Assembly: GCA_964016885.1 (NCBI GenBank)
Contig: OZ024766.1
Span: 21,824,001-21,888,000, forward strand
Length of the DNA stretch: 64,000 nucleotides
Source of the DNA: Eledone cirrhosa
Taxonomy: Eukaryota
Direction of reading: 5' to 3'
The notes under the pieces are model-generated. The model worked only from the letters and a program-made list of their open reading frames with translations. It searched no databases and was not told where the DNA came from. Below, piece by piece: positions 1 through 12,149 of the stretch. Within the stretch, counting starts at the first letter, position 1, and every line of letters begins with the position of its first letter. A program made the position numbers and the translations under genes.

Positions 1-620
1 GCCCTTCCTAACACCAACCTCATTTACAGTGAGTGCTGGGTGCTTTGTTGCTGTGGCACCTCCACGACCACTTTACAGTGAGTGCTGGGTGCTTTTTTTG
101 CCGTGACACCTCCACGACCACTTTACAGTGAGTGCTGGGTGCTTTATTGCCGTGGCACCTCCACGACCACTTTACAGTGAGTGCTGGGTGCTTTATTGCC
201 GTGGCACCTCCACGACCACTTTACAGTGAGTGCTGGGTGCTTTTTTTGCCGTGGCACCTCCACGACCACTTTACAGTGAGTGCTGGGTGCTTTTTTTGCC
301 GTGGCACCTCCACGACCACTTTACAGTGAGTGCTGGGTGCTTTTTTGCCGTGGCACCTCCACGACCACTTTACAGTGAGGGCTGGGTGCTTTTTTTGCCG
401 TGGCACCTCCACGACCACTTTACAGTGAGTGCTGGGTGCTTTTTTGCCATGTCACCTCCACGACCACTTTACAGTGGAATGATAGGGACCCCAGTCCCTA
501 TCATCTCATTTCTACAGCTGAGTAAACTGGAGCAATGTGAAATAAAGTGTCTTGCTCAAGGAAACAACACATCACCCGGTCTGAGAATTGAACTCACAAC
601 CTTTCGATTGCAAGGCCAAG
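1..620 (-). mobile_element. tRNA-derived SINE (family 1) with internal 49-bp tandem array (~9 units)
   Basis: Unit CCACTTTACAGTGAGTGCTGGGTGCTTTTTTGCCGTGGCACCTCCACGA followed by the reverse complement of the SINE body and B-box (510-620). Confidence 0.8.
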
Positions 621-777
621 CTCTGCCATTGGGGTTAAACTTTTTCCTATTACCCACTCTACTACCCTAAGTATTGAGTACTCTGGTGCGTTATGGTCCA
701 CCTGGTTCCTCACCACAATTCCTTCGTTATATATATATATATATATATATACACACTTGAATGTAAACTCTTTACAC

Positions 778-824
<47 letters not shown>

Positions 825-871
825 TATATGTATATATATATATATGTGTCATATATAATTTGTCTCAACAG

Positions 872-1202
872 GAAATTGGGATGGATTTGATAGCAAAGAG
901 AGACAAAGAGCTGTGTTGGTAAGTACATCACTGCTGCTGTTGTTGTTGTTGTTGTTGTTGTGGTATTATGTTGGTAAGTACGTGACTGCTGCTGTTGTTG
1001 TTGTTGTGGTATTATGTTGGTAAGTACGTGACTGCTGCTGTTGTTGTTGTTGTGGTATTATGTTGGTTGTGAAAACAAAAGATCTGTAGAATGTTTAATG
1101 TATATATATATATATATATATATATATGTTTATATATATATATGTTTATATATATATATGTGTGTATATATATATATATATATGTTTATATATATATGTG
1201 TG

Positions 1203-1238
<36 letters not shown>

Positions 1239-1239
1239 C

Positions 1240-1288
<49 letters not shown>

Positions 1289-1290
1289 TG

Positions 1291-1321
<31 letters not shown>

Positions 1322-1385
1322 GTATATATATATATATATGTATATATATATGTATATATATGTATATATATACATATATATATAC

Positions 1386-1416
<31 letters not shown>

Positions 1417-1511
1417 CATATATATATATATACATATATATGTATATATATATATATATATACATATATATGTATATATATATATACATATATATGTATA
1501 TATATATATAC

Positions 1512-1542
<31 letters not shown>

Positions 1543-1756
1543 TATATATGTATATATATATATATATATACATATATATGTATATATATATATACATATA
1601 TATGTATATATATATATATATACATATGTATATATATATATATATACATATATATGTATATATATATATATATACATATATATGTATATATATATATATA
1701 TACATATATATGTATATATATATACATATATATGTATATATATATATATACATATA

Positions 1757-1794
<38 letters not shown>

Positions 1795-1854
1795 TATATG
1801 TATATATATATATATATATACATATATACATATATATATATATACATATATATG

Positions 1855-1890
<36 letters not shown>

Positions 1891-4800
1891 CACTACTACA
1901 CTACCACCTCCACCACCACCACTTAAACCCCACCCCCCACTACACCACCACCACCTCCACCATTACCCTTCTATCTATTTCCAGCCGTGCGTTCGACACA
2001 TTTAAACACCGCCAGCTGATGCTGCTGGGTCGGACAGAGCCCACTCGGCTGCCTATTTTCTCGTTCATCGTGAGGGTACCCCTTAAGGGCAAGTTCCTTC
2101 ACCACAACTTCGTCTCCGTCTTACTCAACGATCTCTTTGGAATCCAGGCACGTGGAGGCTGCGCATGTGCAGGTCCGTATGCACAGGTAAAATACTCATC
2201 TCTTTTATTTATGCATGTATCAGCATCATCATCATCATCGTTTAAAGTCCATCTTCCACGCTAGCATGGGTTAGACGGGAGTTGTCCCACTTGAGGCAAG
2301 GTTTGGTTGGGTGACCGTGTCTCGCTTGTATAGGACTGCATCTGGCTGGGTGCCCTTCCTAACACCAACCACGTTTACAGTGTCGACTGGGAGCCTTTTT
2401 ACTGTGTCTCCTACACGACCACTTTACAGTGGACTGGGAGCCTTTTTACTGTGTCTCCTACATGACCACCTTACAGTGTGGACTGGGAGCCTTTTTACTG
2501 TGTCTCCTACATGACCACTTTACAGTGTGGACTGGGAGCCTTTTTACTGTGTCTCCTACATGACCACCTTACAGTGTGGACTGGGAGCCTTTTTACTCTG
2601 TCTCCTACATGACCACTTTACAGTGTGGACTGGGAGCCTTTTCACTGTGTCTCCTACATGACCACTTTACAGTGTGGACTGGGAGCCTTTTTACTGTGTC
2701 TCCTACACAACCACTTTACACTGTGGACTGGGAGCCTTTTTACTGTGTCTCCTACATGACCACCTTACAGTGTGGACTGGGAGCCTTTTTACTGTGTCTC
2801 CTACATGACCACTTTACAGTGTGGACTGGGAGCCTTTTTACTGTGTCTCCTACATGACCACCTTACAGTGTGGACTGGGAGCCTTTTTACTCTGTCTCCT
2901 ACATGACCACTTTACAGTGTGGACTGGGAGCCTTTTTACTGTGTCTCCTACATGACCACTTTACAGTGTGGACTGGGAGCCTTTTTACTCTGTCTCCTAC
3001 ATGACCACTTTACAGTGTGGACTGGGAGCCTTTTCACTGTGTCTCCTACATGACCACTTTACAGTGTGGACTGGGAGCCTTTTTACTGTGTCTCCTACAT
3101 GACCACCTTACAGTGTGGACTGGGAGCCTTTTTACTCTGTCTCCTACATGACCACTTTACAGTGTGGACTGGGAGCCTTTTTACTGTGTCTCCTACATGA
3201 CCACTTTACAGTGTGGACTGGGAGCCTTTTTACTGTGTCTCCTACATGACCACTTTACAGTGTGGACTGGGAGCCTTTTTACTGTGTCTCCTACATGACC
3301 ACTTTACAGTGTGGACTGGGAGCCTTTTTACTGTGTCTCCTACATGACCACTTTACAGTGTGGACTGGGAGCCTTTTTACTGTGTCTCCTACACGACCAC
3401 TTTACAGTGTGGACTGGGAGCCTTTTTACTGTGTCTCCTACATGACCACCTAGTGCGCCTATGACAATCGGGACCACTTTGACTTCATGGCAGTTCCAAA
3501 TCCTTTTTACCTCCCACTTTAAGTCCTGGTATCGGTTAATTTTCTCCCTCTCCCTCTCTTGCACTCTCGTGTTAAAGGGTCAGGCTACATCTACAATCAG
3601 GCATGATCTTTCTTCCTTGTCCAAAACCCACCAGGTCAGGCCTATTGTGTTCTAATTTCTTGTCCGTCTGTATCCTAAAATCCCACAGCACCTTCACCTG
3701 ATCCTTTTCTATCACTGACTCTGGCTTATGCTCATTTTTATTATTATTATTCCTCTGTCTGGTGGCAGTTGCGAAAGAGATTATATGGTGGACCAGGTTG
3801 AAAGGACTAAAGACAGACACTTTTCTCTTCGGCCAATCCCTCATCAACTTCTTCAAGTTTCACCTGGAAAGGAAGGTGAGGGTGGAGAGAGAAGTGCTGC
3901 CCCCCAGTACATTTGCTAAAAGGTGGGTGAATGTGGCGAGAATGGCTCGTGTGAATGGGCCTACTCTGACCATGCGCCTATAGGCTGGCTAACTTGAGGA
4001 GAGGGGTGCTCTCCTGGGTGCCCTAGAAGCGCAGGGTGGTTCAGGATTGGTGGGGTACCCGAATCACCCCAGAGTCGTCCACACCCTATCGGGGAATCTA
4101 TTTTGTTATATTTTGCATAGTTTATTTTATATTTTATATCTTCATTGTTAAATTAGTCTCGCCATTGTGCCCTTTTACTCGACCTTATTGTAAACCCCCC
4201 ACTGTCCCCGTCTTTGTATTGTCCCCTACATGTCGGCCCTTGTGGCTAATAAATGAAATCATTATTATTATTATTAGGGCGGTGGATTGGCAGTATCAGT
4301 AGAGGGTCAGACGCCATGCTTTCCAGCATAGTTACGTCCCTTTATGATCTGAGTTCAAATCCCGCCGAGGTTGACTTTGCCTTTCATCCTTACGGGGTCG
4401 ATAAAATAAAAGTACCAGTAATGCACTGGTTTATTGCTGGCCTTGTGCCTAAAGTAGAAACAATTATTATTATTATTATTATTATTATCACCCCTACAGA
4501 TGTTACTGGGCATCTCAGAGAGTCTAGCAAACGTCTTCACCAGATTTATAAACAATAAAGAGAAGTAAGTATTTTTATCTGGATTTTGGAGATTTAAAAA
4601 AAAAATATATATTTTTACCTTATTTGGTATTTTTTGAAGTATTATTTTAGGGTGGTTGATAGGCAGTATCGGTAGAGGGTTGGACGCCATGCTTTCCAGC
4701 ATAGAGTTACGTCCCTTTATGATCTGAGTTCAAATCCCGCCGAGGTTATCAACTTTGCCTTTCATCCTTACGGGGGTCGATAATATAAAGTACCAGTAAT

Positions 4801-5006
4801 ACACTGGGGTAATTGCTGGCCTTGTGCCTGAAGTAGAAACAATTATTTTAGTTCCTCTCTCTCCATATTGGTGTAGATGTAGATGATGATGATGTGTGTG
4901 TGTTTATGTATGTATGTGTGTTTATGTATGTATGTATGTATATGTATGTATGTATATGGATGTATGTATATATATATATATATGTATGTATGTATATGGA
5001 TGTATG

Positions 5007-5037
<31 letters not shown>

Positions 5038-5048
5038 ATGGATGTATG

Positions 5049-5081
<33 letters not shown>

Positions 5082-5096
5082 GTATATGGATGTATG

Positions 5097-5131
<35 letters not shown>

Positions 5132-5176
5132 ATGGATGTATGTATATATATATATATGTATGTATGTATATGGATG

Positions 5177-5219
<43 letters not shown>

Positions 5220-5230
5220 ATGGATGTATG

Positions 5231-5263
<33 letters not shown>

Positions 5264-5274
5264 ATGGATGTATG

Positions 5275-5307
<33 letters not shown>

Positions 5308-5466
5308 ATGGATGTATGTATATATATATATATGTATGTATGTATATGGATGTATGTATATATATATATATATATATATATGTATGGATGTATGTATATA
5401 TATATATGTATGTATGTATATGGATGTATGTATATATATATATGTATGTATGTATATGGATGTATG

Positions 5467-5499
<33 letters not shown>

Positions 5500-8400
5500 G
5501 TATATATATATTGTTCTTCTTTTTGGTAAATATCATCTTGGTTAAGAGAGTGGGACTGGCTTTGTGCAGTGCCTTTGCTCACTATAAAAGCTTCACGGCA
5601 CAGGCATTGCTTTATATCTGGAGATCTCTCTGCCCTTGTCGTCACATGGTACCATGGGCCCAGCACTATGTGTCAGTAATTGTCACAAGTGTAGTATTTG
5701 TACCAGAGTTTTCAAGTCGCTGGCTGGACTAAAAAGTCACACTCGTTCAGCGCATCGGTAGGGGTTCTCCTACATGGATATAAAGTAGTGGCCGTACTCG
5801 AAAACGAGTTGGCAGCCACCATATATATATATATATATATCATCATCACCGTTTTACGTCCGTTCTTCCACGCTAGCATGGGTTAGACGGGTTGTGTGCA
5901 GTGTCTGGTCGGCTGACCATGCCTTGCTCATACAGGAACTGATCTGGCTTGATTTCTACAGCTGGATGCCCTTCCTAACACCAACCTCATTTACAGTGAG
6001 TGCTGGGTGCTTTTTCGTGGCACCTCCACATCCACTTTACAGTGTGGGCTGGGTGTTTTTTTGCTGTGGCACCTCCACGACCACCTCGCGGTGGGGGGTG
6101 TGGGGGCATATTGTTTATATGCTTCAGCATGTACCCATGGGAGGTCGGGTACTCTGTATTACTGCGTGACGCCATATGTATGTATGTATGTATATGTATG
6201 TATGTATATATATATATGTATGTATGTATGTATGTGTGTGTATATATAGAAGTCGCAGTGGTGGACACATTTTTCAAATGCAGGTGGGTTCTATAGAAGT
6301 GGTTGATAGCTTCCGGTACCTAGGTGATCAGATTAGAAAGGGAGGGGGTGTGTTCCGAGGCCATAGTGTCTAGAATAATGAAGGGTTGGAAGAAGTTTAG
6401 GGAACTGCTTGCTCTGTGGACAAAGAAGGGTTTCTCCCTGCGTACAAAAGGCCGGTTATATGATGCCTGTGCGAGGAGCGCAGGTCATTTTTGGAGTCAT
6501 AGCAGTGAAAGACTGAAGAATAACATGGTCAGCTGTACAAAAAGGGTTTTATTTACTGTAAATAAAACCCTTTCTGTACAGCCGACCATGTTTTTATTCC
6601 CTCTTTCTCTCTATATATATATGTTTATGAAGACTTCTAATGAATATTTTGTAATTTTTTTTTATTTTTTGTCCCCTTTTAGCAGTTCAATGTGGTCTCC
6701 TATGGAAGTTATGAAGTAAGTATTCTCTAGGGATTTCTTTGTTTTGTTCCCTCACAAGAAAGCACCAAGTCTACTCTGTAAAGTGGTTGTGCTGGCGACA
6801 CAACAAAAAGCACTCACCAAGGTGGTGATAGTACATGAAGTATATGTTTAAGGTAGACCCAGAAAATCCTGGGATAATTTGATAAATTCCGACCTTACAC
6901 ACTTACACCTCTCCAAGACAATGTCACTGGACCGAGATCTTTGGCGCTACACAGTAATACAGAAGACCCACCTTGCCTATGTAGAAAGCAAAACCTACTG
7001 TCAGTAGGCCCCTCTTAACCAAACATACACCCATGTCCCACTGCCCCTACTCCATCTTCCCACTCCCACCAACACCAGCCCTTTCTCTGTAAAGTTATGT
7101 TGGTACCACAACATCCAGTCAACCACCACCACCACCGCCACCACTACCACCACCACCGCCACCACTACCACCGCCACCACCACCATCACTACCACCACCA
7201 CCACTACCACCATTACCACCACCGCCATCAGCACCACCACCACCATCACTACCACCAACACCATCACCACCACTACCATCACCATCACTACTACCACCAC
7301 CACTACTACCATCACCACCACCACTACCACCATCACCATCACCACCACCACCACTACCATCACCATCACTACTACCACCACCACCACCACTACCACTACC
7401 ACCATCACCACCACCACCACCACTACCACTACCACCATCACCACCACCACCACAACCACTACTATCACCACTACCATCACCACTACAGTAGCCTTGCCCA
7501 ACCTTCTCCCAGTATATCTCTCTCTACTACCATCACTCTCTCTCTTCCTATCCCAGGCCAGGTTTCACGCGCCTCAACCTGCCATTCTTCTATGACGATG
7601 CTACAATTGACTACATCCTGAAGGCACTCAAGATGGTCGCAGACTACGGTTGGCAGTTACTTCCCTTGGTAAGTTACCTCTCTAACACTTAAGCCTTCAA
7701 ACCGGCCATAACCCCCTCACTTCTTTCTGTTCAAACTGGTTGTAACTTCCTTAAACTAAGTATGAGTGGCTTGTCCTCAAAATAAATAATACCAAAATCT
7801 CATAGATTCAATATTATGTGAATTATTGAATAAAGTAAAGCCTTTACTGTGTTGTTTTGTACTAAATGTTTATAGTATCTTTACTGGTGGACAGATTGTT
7901 GTGAACATTTACAGTATTACAGTAAAGACTTTAATATTTAATGTGATGTAGTCATAGTGTTGTTTTGTACTAAATGTTTATAGTATCTTTACTGGTGGAC
8001 AGATTGTTGTGAATATTTACAGTATTACAGTAAAGACTTTAATATTTAATGTGATGTAGTCATAGTGTTGTTTTGTACTAAATGTTTATAGTATCTTTAC
8101 TGGTGGACAGATTGTTGTGAATATTTACAGTATTACAGTAAAGACTTTAATATTTAATGTGATGTAGTCATAGTGTTGTTTTGTACTAAATGTTTATAGT
8201 ATCTTTACTGGTGGACAGATTGTTGTGAATATTTACAGTATTACAGTAAAGACTTTAATATTTAATGTGATGTAGTCATAGTGTTGTTTTGTATTCTTCC
8301 AGAATTTCTGACTAATGCGACTTTGCGTGAAACAGGGCGTTCAATGTTTATCTGTCTTTTCACTTGTTTTAATTCCAGTATGTCTGTGACCCCAAAACTG

Positions 8401-9266
8401 GGGGCTACACCCACAAAAAGTTTGAAAAACACTACGGCAGCACCTCATTCAGTCTACATGACGTGAGGTTAAAGGGAGATAAGTTTGTCAACACCAATCC
8501 ACGGTTATCGTCCTTGAAAGGGGATTACCAGCTTGAGGTAGCCATTGCTTATATTTTTGCGTCATCACCATCTCCACCATCATCGTAACCTCTATTATCT
8601 TAAACATCATCACCATCACCAACATCATTATCATCATCATCATCACCTTGTGCCTAAAGTAGAAACAATTATTATTATTATTACGTTTATGATCTGAGTT
8701 CAAATCCCGCCGAGGTTAACTTTGCCTTTCATCCTTACGGGGTCGATAAAATAAAGTACCAGTAATGCACTGGGATAATTACTGGCCTTGTGCCTTAAGT
8801 AGAAACAATTATTATTATTATTACGGCCAATCCCTCATCAACTTCTTCAAGTTTCACCTGGAAAGGAGGGTGAGGGTGGAGAGAGAAGTGCTGCCCCCCC
8901 CCCCCCCCCCCAGTACATTTGCTAAAAGGTGGGTGAATGTGGCAAGAATGGCTTGTGTGAATGGCCCTACTCTGACCATGCGCCTATAGGCTAGCTAACT
9001 TGAGGAGATGGGGTGCTCTCCCTGGGTGCCCTAGAAGCGCAGGGTGGTTCAGGATTGGTGGGGTACCCGAATCACCCCAGGGTCGTCCACACCCTATCGG
9101 GGAATTTATTTTGTTATATTTTGCATAGTTTATTTTATATTTTATATCTTCATTGTTAAATTAGTCTTGCCATTGTGCACTTTTACTCGACCTTATTGTA
9201 AACCCCCCACTGTCCCCGTCTTTGTATTGTCCCCTACATGTCGGCCCTTGTGGCTAATAAATGAAA

Positions 9267-9297
<31 letters not shown>

Positions 9298-11384
9298 CTA
9301 GGATATCCTGCACGAAGCCTTCCACTTCATACAGGACGCCCAACGGGAGTTGAAGGTGAGAACCTTTGTTAAGTTATGTTCCAAACACCATAGACAGTGT
9401 CTGTCACTAGAAATATGGTAATGAAAGGGTTAAAGTGGTTATATTTATCTAAAAACCTTTGTGAAGTTATGTTCCATTAGAAATATGGTAATGAAAGGGT
9501 TAAAGTGTTTATATTTATCTAAGAACATTTGTGAAGTTATGTTCCATTAGAAATATGGTAATGAAAGGGTTAAAGTGTTTATATTTATGTAAGAACCTTT
9601 GTTAAGTTATGTCCCAGTAGAAATATGGTAATGAAAGGGTTAAAGTGTTTATATTTATGTAAGAACCTTTGTTAAGTTATGTCCCAGTAGAAATATGGTA
9701 ATGAAAGGGTTAAAGTGTTAATATTTATCTAAAAAGCTTCCATCATAATTTTATGTAAGAACCTTTGTTAAGTTATGTTCCGTTAGTTAATTAACTGTCT
9801 CTTAATTAAATTTTACTGATGCATTATTTTTTCTACTTTTCTTTTTCCTTCAAACCACCCTCACTCCACCCATCCCTCTTCCCCTCACTCACACTCCACC
9901 TTCACTCAACTCTAACCTAACTCCACTCTACCCCCACTCTACTCATCCCTCTTCCCCCACTGCACACTCCACCCATCCCTCCCTCACTCACTCACACTCC
10001 ACCCGTCCTTCCACGCCCACTCCACTCACACTGCACCCTCACTCCACCCCCACCCACTCCACTCCCTCACTCACTAACACTCCACTCCCGCCCTCACCCT
10101 CACTCCAAACCCTCGCTCCACTCCACCCGTCCTTCCACCCCCACCCCACTCCACCCTCACTCCAAACCCCCGCTCCGCCCTCACTCCACTCCACCCGTCC
10201 TTTCCACCCACCCACCCCCACACACTCCACTCCCTCACTCACTCACACTCCACTCCAAACCCGTCCTTCCACCACTCCAAACCCCCCACCCCACACTCTC
10301 GACTCCCCACCCCACACTCCAGCAACAGTCGTTTGAGCCGGAGGAGGACTCCATCGACAAGCTGATCCCGGAGAAGCTGCGGAAGCTGCGCTGGTTCCTG
10401 ACGTCGTCGGAGGCGCTGGAGCAGCTGAAGAAGTCGCGCGGCTTCCGGCGGCTCGACTCCACGTCGGGGGCGGCGCAGTGCGCGGCGCCCTTCGTGCCGC
10501 GCCAGTCGACGCGCCGCATGACGATGGACCCGAAGTACCGCGAGGAGATGAAGGCCTTCCTCAGCATCAACACCACGTGCAGCGCAGACTGCTGCAGCTT
10601 CGACGACGACGAGGGCGGCGGCGGCGGAGGGGACGACGGCGGCGGCGGAGGCGGGGACGAAGGGGACGGCGGCGGTCAGAAGCACCAGTGTTGCCAAGGC
10701 GACGGAGGCAGCGGCGGCAGCAGCAGCAGCAGTCAGAAGCACCAGCGTTGCCAAGGCGACGGCAGCAGCAATGGCAACAGTGACCATAGCCACGCCCACA
10801 GCGGCGGCCATAGCCACGCCCACATCAGCGACCACGGCCACGCCCACATCAGCGACCACGGCCACAGCAGTGGCCATAGCCACGCCCACAGCAGCGGCCA
10901 TAGCCACGCCCACAGCAGCGACCATAGCCACGCCCACGGCAGCGGCCATAGCCACGCCCACGTGACAGTTCTTGAGCCGGGTAATGGCTGTGTACCCGTT
11001 GACGGTAATGGAAACGCCACGGGGAGCGACGGTGGGCGGTGCCAGCCGGATGAAGACGACGACGGGGCGGGACCCGAGCAGGCGAATGGCTTCCGGAAGC
11101 AAGGCGGGGGCCTCTGCCCGCAGCCGACCGACACCGCCAGCCGGCGGAGGGCCAACAGGCTGAAGGGCAGCGGCCCGGCGCCCTGCTGGAAGTTTGGCGA
11201 CCCCAGCGATGGGACGCAGCCAGTCATGAAACCGAGGTCTCCGACAGCCACCCCTCCGACATCGCTGAGAGATTGTACGAATGGTAGCGGTGGTGGTGGT
11301 GGTGGAGGTGGTGGTGGTGGTGGCCCCAGTGTTGTGTCGCCAGGTCTCACCCGGCAACAGAAATTCCGCGAGACAGATATATAA
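872..11384 (+). CDS. 3' part of a PLP-dependent class-V aminotransferase / cysteine desulfurase-like gene (5' exons lie left of the window)
   Basis: Phase-consistent AG..GT exons: 872-918 ([15 protein letters not shown]), 1985-2186 ([40 protein letters not shown]), 4500-4564 (MLLGISE..), 6683-6715, 7557-7668 ([28 protein letters not shown]), 8379-8537 (YVCDPKTGG..), 9302-9355, 10323-11384 (..[10 protein letters not shown].., stop TAA). RGGCACA is equivalent to the catalytic-Cys motif (RxGHHCA) of group II cysteine desulfurases. Confidence 0.85.
1097..1890. repeat. (TA)n-based microsatellite
   Basis: Direct; similar tracts at 4893-5510, 14300-14600, 16990-17590, 40220-41525 and 44065-45310. 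Confidence 0.95.
2225..3450 (-). repeat. SINE 3' tail with 49-bp variant array (~22 units)
   Basis: Unit GTGGACTGGGAGCCTTTTTACTGTGTCTCCTACATGACCACTTTACAGT after a (CAT)n/GCTAGCATGGGTTAGACGG tail; same variant on the opposite strand at 42715-44065. Confidence 0.85.
3449..3732 (-). mobile_element. Decayed fragment of an R4/Dong-like non-LTR retrotransposon (restriction-like endonuclease domain)
   Basis: Translates as [49 protein letters not shown], interrupted by a frameshift and a stop. Confidence 0.7.
3752..4260 (+). mobile_element. 3' end of a Tx1/L1-clade LINE
   Basis: ORF2-like C-terminus ([31 protein letters not shown]) plus 3' UTR ending AATAAATGAAATC(ATT)n; near-identical copy at 8825-9270. 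Confidence 0.65.
4277..4848 (+). mobile_element. Two copies of tRNA-derived SINE family 2
   Basis: B-box GAGTTCAAATCC, core CTTTGCCTTTCATCCTTACGGGGTCGATAAAATAAAGTACCAGT and AAGTAGAAACA(ATT)n tail; other copies near 8685, 14730, 28745, 29590 (-), 40055 and 62165. Confidence 0.75.
5841..6173 (-). mobile_element. RTE-LINE 3' end joined to the SINE-1-type tail
   Basis: Near-identical reverse complement of 60872-61225. Confidence 0.75.
6282..6485 (+). mobile_element. RTE LINE fragment
   Basis: [35 protein letters not shown]; further RTE remnants at ~6830-7050, 42310-42640 and 47830-48450. Confidence 0.75.
7848..8292. repeat. 108-bp tandem repeat x4
   Basis: GTGTTGTTTTGTA recurs at 7957, 8065, 8173, 8281. 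Confidence 0.9.
8825..9270 (+). mobile_element. Tx1/L1-clade LINE 3' end, second copy
   Basis: Near identical to 3831-4260; flanked by (ATT)n on both sides. Confidence 0.65.
9409..9782. repeat. 70-bp tandem repeat x~5 containing a MITE-like end (GAAAGGGTTAA)
   Basis: AGAAATATGGTAATG recurs at 9409, 9479, 9549, 9619, 9689. Confidence 0.85.
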
Positions 11385-11554
11385 ACAAGAAGCAAAAGAA
11401 AATTTCAAAGATACGAAAGATTTCCTGGTGTAAAGCCAGGTGCACTTCCGGGTTGGTATCCAGTTTTGGGGTGAAATTCCAATTAGAAAATCCAACGAAC
11501 TTTGAGAGGTCCACGTAAGTGTTGAGATATATATTTATATATATATATATATAT

Positions 11555-11685
11555 ATAGGAACGAGTAGGACCCCCGACGGCAGAGCTCAAGCCGTTTCGA
11601 CGGCTAATTCTGGACTAAAATTTTAGTCCAGAATTAGCCGTCGAAACGGCTTGAGCTCAGCCGTCGGGGTCCTACTTGTTCCTAT
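11555..11685. repeat. Spacerless palindrome (76 bp perfect core, ~130 bp imperfect)
   Basis: 11583-11620 is the exact reverse complement of 11621-11658. Confidence 0.95.
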
Positions 11686-11796
11686 TACCCACTCTACTAC
11701 CTTAAGTATTGAGTACTTTGGTGCGTTATGGTCCATCTGGTTCCTTACCACATTTCCTTCGTTATATATATATATATATATATATAGATGTGTGTG

Positions 11797-12067
11797 TATG
11801 TAAAAGGTAAACAGAAATAACAACACAATCAGTACAGTATATGGAAGGGATATATTAGGTTAACACTTGATATAGCAGGAAGAGGGTCTTAATATTTTGG
11901 ACGCTAGTCCTTCATCAGAAGAAAGAATGAGAAATAAGATAGATCGAGGGGACCGGGCGGGGGGGGGGGGGGGGATGTCTTTATATTTAGATAAAAATAA
12001 CAGGTACATTCCTGTTATTCCATATACTGTACTGATTGTGTTGTTATTTCTGTTTACCTTTTACATA
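11797..12067 (-). mobile_element. Penelope-like element remnant with 50-bp inverted termini and a decayed hammerhead motif
   Basis: 11797-11846 is the exact reverse complement of 12018-12067; internal minus-strand CTGATGA-AGGAC-TAGC-GTCC-AAAATATT; homologous copy at 41522-41643. Confidence 0.6.
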
Positions 12068-12149
12068 AATATATAACACTATATTGATTATCCAAATAAA
12101 TTTTTGGGGCGGGTAGAACACATCTTCCTCAACACCGACGATATATTGA

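Noticed and set aside
1041-1980. Long YI/IY-rich ORFs here and at 4848-5732, 14141-14636, 40175-41553, 44176-45379, 53745-54090
   Set aside because: Stop-free translations of (TA)n/(CA)n microsatellites; in 1041-2264 only 1985-2186 is a real exon.
7001-7500. Poly-His, poly-Val or poly-Thr ORFs (also 21995-22600, 32765-33060, 37088-37660)
   Set aside because: Intronic (CAC/TAC)n repeats lying outside the phase-consistent exon chains.
10239-11495. 418-aa and 220-aa antisense ORFs
   Set aside because: Shadow frames of the GC-rich, repetitive sense exon; no recognisable domain.
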